A stretch of DNA of 62,926 bases, filler included, from Lenisia limosa (lineage: Eukaryota > Protista > Breviatea), in the NCBI GenBank assembly GCA_001655205.1. It is 10 parts of 10 records of this genome, joined end to end, with 100 filler letters (N's around TTAATTAATTAA, not from the genome) between each part and the next. Parts side by side here need not be neighbours in the genome. Positions count along the whole stretch, not along the records: positions 12,137 to 14,080 come from LPNZ01000907.1; positions 14,181 to 16,301 come from LPNZ01010666.1; positions 16,402 to 20,110 come from LPNZ01004323.1; positions 20,211 to 38,548 come from LPNZ01009372.1; 6 more parts are not named here. One strand, given 5' to 3'. Shown here piece after piece: positions 13,702 to 23,211 of the stretch (position 1 is its first letter; every line of letters starts with the position of its first letter). The notes beneath the pieces are model-generated. The model was not told the origin of the DNA, searched no databases, and was given only the letters and a program-made list of their open reading frames with translations. The translations under genes were made by a program, and so were the position numbers.

Positions 13702-15311
13702 CTGAAAAGAGTTAGTACTATAAGACGTATGTTGTCCTCTTTAAGCTCAATTACGTGTCACCTTACCAAAAGTAACACATAGAAGGAAGTTAGAAGGAAG
13801 TTAGACTATTTGTGTGCAATAACAAGAAGAATCAAAGATAAAATATTATACAGTGTAACTGAATCTAATGATAGGATACGGAAGGTGGGTTTGTTCCTGG
13901 TTGCAACGGCTGTCTATGCTATTAAACTGAAGACCCACCCCCCACCATCATGATAATGGAGTAATATCCTACCATCATTGAGCAACATTCAAACAAACAT
14001 GACAACAAAAATTACATGTAATATAGATATGTAAAAGTATATATAATACATGTATATATCAGAGAATTATATATCATATANNNNNNNNNNNNNNNNNNNN
14101 NNNNNNNNNNNNNNNNNNNNNNNNTTAATTAATTAANNNNNNNNNNNNNNNNNNNNNNNNNNNNNNNNNNNNNNNNNNNNCCCCCCCCCCCCTAGAGATG
14201 TTGACACACCCTTAACAATTGCACATTTGGACGTGTTGTTGGCTTATGCCGAGACCCACAAGGATGCGACACAGGTATAGATGGGTTATTATTATATGAT
14301 ATTATAAAAGACATATTACATCTAATCTTATCAGGCTGTCATATTCTTATCAGAAAAAAGACAGGATGCTATATTCAGTGTTTACTAGTTTCGATGTCTT
14401 TTTGGGATGGGTGGAAAAGACAAATTAATAAAACACTGGAAAAGACTTGGTGAAACGAAAAGACTTTTTGATGAAATGTTCCTCGGTCGAAATATTCTTG
14501 AAAGCCTTTTTTAGAAACCCAGAAATGCTTCTGCACCAAATTTGTTGCCTTCCCTTCAACACTGTAACCCATTTTGCAGCTGAAGTTCTATCAACTACGT
14601 GCAATGGAGTTCTTTGTGCGGCNNNNNNNNNNNNNNNNNNNNNNNNNNNNNNNNNNNNNNNNNNNNNNNNNNNNNNNNNNNNNNNNNNNNNNNNNNNNNN
14701 NNNNNNNNNNNNNNNNNNNNNNNNNNNNNNNNNNNNNNNNNNNNNNNNNNNNNNNNNNNNNNNNNNNNNNNNNNNNNNNNNNNTGTGATATTGTATTGAT
14801 ATTGTTACTCATAATATCCTCTTTTACAGCATACTATTACCGGTGCTGCAAAAGCGAGTGGCCTGGGCTTGATTTGTTTTGTTACCCTCCATGTGATCAG
14901 CCAACAGAGTTGATTTGGGCTTCTTTTTTTTTTTGTTTCATATACATATTTTCCAATTATACCCCTAACTCTGTAACTCTGGTTCATTTTCTGATGTCCC
15001 GTTTTGACTCCATTTTGTTTCATANNNNNNNNNNNNNNNNNNNNNNNNNNNNNNNNNNNNNNNNNNNNNNNNNNNNNNNNNNNNNNNNNNNNNNNNNNNN
15101 NNNNNNNNNNNNNNNNNNNNNNNNNNNNNNNNNNNNNNNNNNNNNNNNNNNNNNNNNNNNNNNNNNNNNNNNNNNNNNNNNNNNNNNNNNNNNNNNNNNN
15201 NNNNNNNNNNNNNNNNNCAATTTGACTATCTGAAGTCCCGCAATCGGGCCAGCAGCACTCCCATTGTCAACGTCACCAACAGGTGGGCCATCAACACTAA
15301 TGGTGTATTAC

Positions 15312-15411
15312 TAGGGCTTCACTTCGGTTCGAGAAAGTCCGATAAAATAGCGATAGTTTTCGTGGATTTATCGAGAAATTCAGCCTTTTTACGAAGCGAA
15401 GTGAAGCCCAA
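15312..15411. mobile_element. MITE family A
   Basis: TAGGGCTTCACTTCGGTTCG...CGAAGCGAAGTGAAGCCCAA. Confidence 0.88.
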
Positions 15412-15495
15412 AGGATTACATATGTTTTTGTATCCCGAGCCTATGGTAATCAGTTTAGACTGTTTTGGTTGCACTCTTTCTTTTTTCTTACCCAG

Positions 15496-16099
15496 CAGCA
15501 CCCCACCACGCCCGGGTACCAAAGCCCGGCCCGAAGCCTCCATCCGCCGGCTTGCCCCCCTGTCCCCCAGCAGCCCCAGCTCGGGGCAGGGAAGCCCCAG
15601 GTCAGCAGCAAAGAGAATCCAGTTGGCGTCGGCACATTTCAGCACATCGTCTGAGTCAGTGCCAAGCCCTCACACACCGAAAAACGCGAGCATCCGTCCC
15701 GGGCTGAGTACTAGTCAGGAGATTGAGCTGACACCTTTGGAGGAGAACGATGAGGGCATCTACGGTAGTGATGACAGCGACTTCTGGGAGGAGGGTGAGG
15801 AGGGATGCGAAAGTGATAATGAGTTTTTGGCTGAGAAGGAGAAGCCGCGATTTGTGCCCTCCCTGCTGACAGACTCCAACAAGAAGAAGGCTAAAGAGGC
15901 CCCGGCCGCGGACAAACCAGCAGAAACCCAATCGGCCAAGTCAGGTGATGATGACGTCAGCATTTATGACAGCGATGACAGCGATTATTGGGATGCAGAT
16001 GAGGCAGATGTGCAGAGTGACGGTTTTGATAACCCGTTTGCTCAGAAGAAGAAAGCTGGTGTTGTCCCAGACCTCTCAATTGGTTGGCGCACGGCATGA
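15496..16099 (+). CDS. Long terminal exon of an unidentified Pro/Ser-rich and acidic protein
   Basis: Acceptor TTACCCAG, ~200 open GC-rich codons ending ...VVPDLSIGWRTA*. An upstream exon at ~14196-14274 reads DVDTPLTIAHLDVLLAYAETHKDATQ. The ORF-track start at 15362 lies inside a MITE. Confidence 0.65.
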
Positions 16100-16482
16100 A
16101 TAATGCTTCATTTTGGACAAGATACACAGCATATGATATATATTATGGTATTTTTAATGTTTCCCCAAGGCTAAACACACACCACTATCATCTTTCATAT
16201 TTTATTAGTCTGGCAGTCTGGGGAAAATCGATTCATATGATGCAGGAACCAAGCAACCAGCTGCGAGACCCTCTACACCCCCAAGAGTGGCCGTGAGTCA
16301 ANNNNNNNNNNNNNNNNNNNNNNNNNNNNNNNNNNNNNNNNNNNNTTAATTAATTAANNNNNNNNNNNNNNNNNNNNNNNNNNNNNNNNNNNNNNNNNNN
16401 NTCTGCAGCACCGTATCCCATCACTCCGCTAAAACTACTCAATAACACCCGAAGTTGCCCAAAATCAACCAACACGCCATAC

Positions 16483-18800
16483 AGCGGTTTTGATATCGCG
16501 ATGTACGATGCCTCTTTTGTGTAAGTGGGCCAACCCTGATGCTGTATCCAAGACAACTGCAAAGGATAAATATAAAGATAATGCTTTGTAGAAGTGTCTG
16601 CAATTGAGTTCCTATTAGAATAGGTCTCCCTTCAAATTTTGCAATTATATTTCAATTGATTGCACGGAGCCCCAAAAAATATGTCATATCTCGGTGATAA
16701 ACATAAGCATGTCAATGCGACAGTGTCTGCTAAATAAACGCCAATACTATCACGCTTGACCAGGGCTTCACTTGGCTTCCCTTTGGTCCGAAAAGACTGA
16801 ATCATATCGACAGTTTTCGAAGATTTATCGAGAAATTTAGTCTTTTCGTCTAAAGTGTATCCCTATAACTGACGCAAAAAGGCCCCTCTCACCACTCCAT
16901 ATGAATTCGGGGGGAAGGTCAGGGTTCTTTTCCGCGTAGTCTTCAAGACTTCCTAATATAGTAAAACTTCCTTATTTGGTAAAAAAGAAATCCAATATCA
17001 ATTCCCCCCCCCCCCCNNNNNNNNNNNNNNNNNNNNNNNNNNNNNNNNNNNNNNNNNNNNNNNNNNNNGATGAAGCCCACCCACCTAAATCACAATAATC
17101 CATGAGAATAAACAGCGTAGGCACTTTTGGTCCAATGTCGACGCTGGATATAGCTTCAAGCCAGGCGTGTTTATATGATACCACGTTACGATGGTTGAGA
17201 TTCTAAAAAGTTATCAAATACATAAACTTTTGGAAAAATTCAACAAACGTGGGCGCCCAAGTATGGTATTTTGTCTTGTTATCACCATGTATACATTTGT
17301 TTCCACAATATATACAATTTCTCTTGTCCAAAAGAAGACTCACCTGCAAAATATGTATTTCAGCCAGATGATAAATACTAATCAGCATGCGAGGTATGAA
17401 CCAGAATCTGAATTTCAGCAAGATGTTACAGTGACAGAGATAAGTCTTGAAGAGATAATCACATAGCAAATCGGTCAAGACTTATCCCGGTCATAGTATT
17501 ATACATAGTATGCATTACCTGCAGAATTTGTATTTCAGCCAGGCGGTCATGTAGCCATGTTGAGTTGTCGCCTGGGGGGGGGGGGAATTATGAAATAAAA
17601 AAAACCCAAATCAACTCTGCTGGCTGACAATTATGCGATACTGATCTCTTCTAAACGGAGAGGGTTGATAGCAACAAAACAAAGCCCTGGCCAGTCGCGC
17701 TTCTGAAGCACCGCATCCCATCAGGGATCTGGCCGAAGCCATCCACCATCACGTTTAGAAGAGATCAGTATCGCATAATTTACCAATCATTACCCAACGT
17801 ACCTACAGCCACTTTTTTGACAGCGAAATGTCCAAGGGGATTATCCTGGAGAATGTGTGTGCAGAGGTGGACGGTACCAAAACCGCCAGTTCCCTAAAAG
17901 TGTTGACAGAATATTTCCCAAAATATTAATGTTTTCTTCCTAGAGGGAAACAAATAGGTAAGATATGAATAATGAATAAGGATGGTAGATATATATACTA
18001 CATGTATATCTATATATATATAATTATATATACACGTAGTATATATAATAATCATACAAATATATGATGTACATGTACATATCATAATAGCAAGAAGGAT
18101 TGTTACAAAAGATTCAGGTGATTATCCTGAAGAATATATGTGTGTGCAAAAATAGACAGAAACACACCTGTGCCCTGAATGAGTTGGAAATAATGAGCCA
18201 TAATTAGATTAAATGGTATCTGTGTGACCAGAGTTGTAAGGCAAATGATTGGGTGAATGAACATGAAATTATAATTTAATTCAATTATCTTATAAGCGTG
18301 ATGGTGTNNNNNNNNNNNNNNNNNNNNNNNNNNNNNNNNNNNNNNNNNNNNNNNNNNNNNNNNNNNNNNNNNNNNNNNNNNNNNNNNNNNNNNNNNNAAT
18401 AAAACACTGTGCACAGTTTTCTGCGTGCCTTCACACCATAAGGAGTATTGTAATAAGGATCATAACTAGGGAATCCCTACAGTCTCAAAAAAGACGGAAT
18501 TTCTCGATAAATCCTCGATAAATATCGATATTTGACCGGTCTTTTTCGGACCGTAAATAAGCCCTAATCATAACATAACTGTGATAAGGGATTGGAGTAA
18601 TTGGGACCCTTTACTACTCAGCCTTGTAAGAAGTTTCCCGGCCACATACCAATAATTTCTGAGACGGTAAAAACAAAGAGATAAAAAAAAACGAAACTGA
18701 GCTTTTATCTTACTTCCAAAATGAAGATTTCCACGAGCTTACCTCCTCAATGAAGAACTGTTTGTAGTAACCTTGGTTGAGAAACTCTCTCATTTCATAA
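16483..18800 (-). CDS. Iks1/IksA-like Ser/Thr protein kinase, partial (3' part lost at scaffold edge; a further exon probably at ~19382-19457)
   Basis: Spliced: EFLNQGYYKQFFIEE ... GTGGFGTVHLCTHILQDNPLGHFAVKKVAV|GDNSTWLHDRLAEIQILQ|NLNHRNVVSYKHAWLEAISSVDIGPKVPTLFILMDYCDL|GSLEDY ... VLDTASGLAHLHKRGIVHRDIKTA. It has the Gly loop, VAIK-like Lys, alphaC Glu and HRD. YY-x-x-FF-x-EE and SYKHAWLE match fungal Iks1 from memory. Confidence 0.85.
16761..16865. mobile_element. MITE family A
   Basis: CAGGGCTTCACTT... family core GATTTATCGAGAAATT...GTGTATCCCTA. Confidence 0.75.
18467..18566. mobile_element. MITE family A
   Basis: Decayed TIRs but family core present; perfect TSD ATCATAAC. Confidence 0.88.
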
Positions 18801-19019
18801 TCCTCCAAGTCTGGAAATTTAGACTAATTAATTGGCTCCGTGCAATTAATATGTTGAAGAAAATATTGCCAAAATTTAAAATTAAAGTGTCTATGTCCCA
18901 TTTGAAATTTTGAAACCTACTAATTTAGCTAACCCTTAGCAAATCAGACTAATGGCTAAGAAACACTATCCACGATTGACAAATATTATAATACCATAAA
19001 CTAATATGATATAGCAAAA

Positions 19020-19163
19020 AAATAAAAAACAAGGTTGTATCTGGCCGAAGCCGTCGACACCATCACAGTTTTAAAAGATATTGGATAATAGATTAATAAT
19101 AATTCACCCAGTCATTTGCCTTACAACTCTGTGTGCACAGCTTTCTGCGTACCTCCCCAGCAT
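19020..19163. repeat. Dispersed repeat family C, fullest copy
   Basis: AAGGTTGTATCTGGCCGAAGCCGTC...AAGATATTGGAT...AATTCACCCAGTCATTTGCCTTACAACTCTGTGTGCACAGCTTTCTGCGTACCTCCCCAGCAT. Copies or fragments in both orientations at ~2085, 3755, 5885, 8820, 10985, 13462, 17722, 18220, 18400, 21196, 21705 and 36350. Confidence 0.85.
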
Positions 19164-19220
19164 TGACAAAAATAGGAAGACTTATAATCAGTCGTTTTTG
19201 GTACCGAAAGTGAAAAAGTC

Positions 19221-19294
19221 TATGGCCTTGATCTTATAGAGTATGGCCTTGATCTTATAGAGTATGGCCTTGATCTTATAGAGTATGGCCTTGA
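19221..19294. repeat. 21-bp tandem repeat (TATGGCCTTGATCTTATAGAG)x3.5
   Basis: Seen directly. Confidence 0.9.
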
Positions 19295-19700
19295 ACATAC
19301 ACATCCCTTCGGTTCGTGATTAGTGCATTTACGCCAATATTCTTCATCGAAAATTCCTTCATTTTACCCCCCCCCTCCTACGGGCATCTGAAGGCACCCG
19401 GGGGATTTGGTTAAGAATATCCGATTCTGCATCGGAGGGATCTTCTATGACTTGCCTTAAATGGTAAGTCCTGCCATATATGTATGGTAAGTCACACCAA
19501 ATCCAACATGCTTGATAATGATCGGGAAAAAAATCGATCTCTATTTGTTATTGAACAATCACTCTGATTTGGATGTGAGCACAAATACTGATTCATCGAG
19601 CTTTCTGTGTACCTCACCACACGACATACTATACGTGATAGTATATAGAGATGAAAAACGAAACAAGGTTGGATACAAAACAATAATAACAGGCTCCATG

Positions 19701-19790
19701 CAAGGCTTCACTTCGGTTCGAGAAAATATCGATAGTTTCCAGGGATCTATTGAGAAATTCAGTCTTTTTTCAAACCGAAGTGAAGCCTTA
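19701..19790. mobile_element. MITE family A, nested in the left TIR of a family E copy
   Basis: CAAGGCTTCACTTCGGTTCG...CAAACCGAAGTGAAGCCTTA; TSD GCTCCATG / GCTCCGTG. Confidence 0.88.
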
Positions 19791-20423
19791 GCTCCGTGTA
19801 ATTAATAATTTGAAGAAATTTATTGACAAATTTGAAATTAATTACAACATGTCCCAACACATCAAATTTCGAATATTTTTCGTTTTCAATTAATAAATAT
19901 AACACAGGTAATAATTCGAAGAAACTGCCCACTCGAAAGGGGAGGATGCCAGGAGGTGAAAATATTCGGGAGTGGCGAAGACATGGTTCTGGGGGGGGTA
20001 AAACGAAATTTCGATGAAGAATATTGGCGTATAGGTACTAATCATGAACCGAATATTTTGAAACTCCAAACAAAAAACAAGCAATAACAAACACGTGCAA
20101 CAAACGCTAANNNNNNNNNNNNNNNNNNNNNNNNNNNNNNNNNNNNNNNNNNNNTTAATTAATTAANNNNNNNNNNNNNNNNNNNNNNNNNNNNNNNNNN
20201 NNNNNNNNNNTTTTTCATTTAAATGTGAGGGTGGTATGATACAGACCTTCCTTGGAAAATATTCACAAAGCAAATCGGCCAAGAATTAGCCCAGTCAAGG
20301 TGACGGAGTTATAATATATGGCCTGGGATTTTAAAATCCCATGTTGTGTTGTCAGCCAATAGAGTTGTTTTCGGGCTTTATTTTTGTTTCATAAAGTTCC
20401 CATTTTACCCCCCTCCCCTTTAG

Positions 20424-22642
20424 AGGCCAAGAACTACCTTGAGGCCATGGCTGCTGCAGCTAACTTCGCTTGGGTCAACAGACAGGTATTTGGGATGGTT
20501 TCTTATTTTGTGGTTGATATCTTGGTGTAAACAGACAGGTATTTTTGGATGATTATTTGTCAATTGTGGATTTTAGTTGGTTATTTTTTGGATGCTAATT
20601 GACCCCCCCCCCCNNNNNNNNNNNNNNNNNNNNNNNNNNNNNNNNNNNNNNNNNNNNNNNNNNNNNNNNNNNNNNNNNNNNNNNNNNNNNNNNNNNNNNN
20701 NNNNNNCTATACCTATACTCCCTCTATAATCCCCTTTTATACTCTACGTTTATACTCTTCATATACCCATATCTGCCGTGTCTGACCAACAGACAATGAC
20801 GTTCTTTGCGCGGAAGGCCTTCAGCGAAGTCATGGGCAAGTCAGCCAAGGACCTTGATATGAACATTGTTTACGACGTATGTCACAATATCGCCAAGGGT
20901 GAGCGAGGTCATAATTATTAGGGCTACACTTTGGTTCGAAAAAAGACTCAATTTTTCAAAAAGTCCCTCGAAAACTATCAATATTTTCCCGGGGTTTTTT
21001 GAACCGAAGAGAAGCCTTGCTACTATTACACACCGTTGAAATGTGCTAATACTCTTCTCCGTTGCCACATCACGACTAATACTCGCAGTTGAGAAGCATG
21101 AAGTGGAAGGCCAGACCAAAACTCTGTTGGTGCATAGGAAGGGCAGCACCCGCGCGTTTCCTCCCCATCATCCCATGATTCCCGACACTTACAAGGTATG
21201 TGTGGACGGCTTCGGCCAGATAACAGCTTGTTTTATTTTCTCATCTCGACCACCCCCTCCCCCCCNNNNNNNNNNNNNNNNNNNNNNNNNNNNNNNNNNN
21301 NNNNNNNNNNNNNNNNNNNNNNTGCTTTTTTTTCAACTCATGTTTATCGAACAATTTATGTTTTCTTTTACCCGAGTTCTTTTTTTAAAAAATAAATTCT
21401 CTAGTTTTACAAATGTGTTTTCTTTTGGTTACTTCTCAGCTCGTTAATCCTCCATTTTACCACCCAGGATTGTGGACAGCCAGTACTTATTGGAGGAACA
21501 ATGGGAACATCGTCGTATATCCTCACCGGCACTCCGGAGGTGAGGGGAACTGTTTTGTTATTGGAAGTAGGGCTTCACTTCGGTTCGAAAAAGACTGAAT
21601 TTCTCGATAAATGAGAATTATCGATATTTTACCGGTATTTTTCGAATCGAAGTGAAGCCCTAATTAAGTGGAGCCAACAGAGGAATATTTACAACTTCGT
21701 CATAAAGAATCACGCAGAAAGATGTGTACACAGAGTTTTAAGGCAAATAGTTGGGTGAATTATTATGAAACAACAATCCAACATCTCTTATAAACGTGTG
21801 CGGACTGCTTCGGCCGGATACAACCTTGTTGTTTATTTCTTATTGCTTTCTATATGCGCTATTTTTGAAAAGCTCACAAAAACTCCACGTTTTTCACCTT
21901 TCAGGGCTTCAAGAAGACTTTTGGGTCAACCTGCCATGGTGCCGGGCGTGCCAAGAGCCGTGCACAGAGCAGAAAGTGGGGGAGGGGGTCAAGTTCATTG
22001 GAAGGGGGAGAGGGTCCCTAACAGAGTTGATTTTGGGCATTTTATGAAACAAAAATGCCGACAATCAACTCTGTTGTCTAAATGCACAAAGGATTGATAA
22101 CAACAAAACAAAGACCAGGCTGGTTGCTTCTGCAACACAGCATCTCATCACTTTTATCATACCCCTACACTTATGCATAATGGACATATTGTTTACCTCC
22201 TTAGGGTGCTGAAGTCAGGAAATGTGCTGCAGGATTTGAGAGATAAAGGCATTGCAATTGAGGTATGGTGGAACATTTTGCTGTTTAAGAATTGTAAATA
22301 ATACTGTACTCAGATTGATGAGCCTTTTTCTAGCTTAAAATTGGGATGGCTTTATAAAAACAACGTTGAAACAATTGCTCTTGTTTTTTTTTGTTTTTTT
22401 TTCATGACATAATAATACCATAAAACAGCCCTATTTAGGGACTATTTTCCTGTCTACCCCCATAGGTTGCCTATTTTCTTGCTCATAATAATATCCCCCA
22501 ATAGGTTGCCTCCCCCAAGCTGGTTACTGAGGAAGCGCCCGAGTCCTACAAGGACGTCACAGCCGTTGTAGACACCTGTCATCAATGCAGGCTTTCTAAC
22601 AAGACCGCCAAGCTCCTTCCAATCGCTGTCATTAAGGGTTGA
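20424..22642 (+). CDS. RTCB: RNA-splicing ligase RtcB homolog, C-terminal seven exons (5' part missing)
   Basis: Exons 20424-20485, 20793-20898, 21089-21195, 21468-21539, 21905-21975, 22205-22262 and 22505-22642 give [13 protein letters not shown]...[13 protein letters not shown]...[17 protein letters not shown]...[12 protein letters not shown]...[10 protein letters not shown]...[17 protein letters not shown]...PIAVIKG*. These motifs closely match human RTCB from memory. Confidence 0.96.
20919..21019. mobile_element. MITE family A in RTCB intron
   Basis: TAGGGCTACACTTTGGTTCG...TGAACCGAAGAGAAGCCTTG. Confidence 0.85.
21568..21662. mobile_element. MITE family A in RTCB intron
   Basis: Near-perfect TIRs TAGGGCTTCACTTCGGTTCGAAAAA / TTTTTCGAATCGAAGTGAAGCCCTA. 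Confidence 0.9.
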
Positions 22643-23211
22643 TTCTGTACTATTGTCTTATTCTTTCGTGATATTTTTTTTTATTGTTCTTCCCGATTAT
22701 TCAGTTTATTTTTGTTTGTTTTGGGATTTCTGAGTTTCTTCAGATATTTTATCTTTGAGTACCCTTCTTATCACCCCCCTGTCTAAAAGTCTCCATAGTA
22801 TGATGGAGTAGAGAGAATACCTATTGGATCAGATCACGGCAATCAATCTGTTATAGCAAATACACATTCCGCCTCTCGCTCGAAAACACGGATACCTTTA
22901 AATACACGGGATAGCGGTTAATTTCTCATCTCAATACTTCAAGATGTTAATTGTTTTTGAAGACTGTTTTTTGTTTTCCCATTTAAGGATCGTCACCCCC
23001 AGTTGAAATAATTGGCAATATTTGAAACTTTGTCTTGAATTTGGTTGACATTTCTAAATTCAATTTTCACCGACCCCCTAAATAAACAATTACCTTGAGA
23101 AACATTACATTACAACAAACACATACACTATCTTCAAACAACGCTTTGAGATTGGTTTCGTGGATTAAACAACAACTAGGTAGAATAACGAGAGTTGACA
23201 ATTCTCCGGAT

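Noticed and set aside
16350-16470. VLVDFGQ in the ORF track as the kinase DFG motif
   Set aside because: It lies in a different frame from HRDIKTA, after a GTATGG donor, within family-B-like intron sequence.
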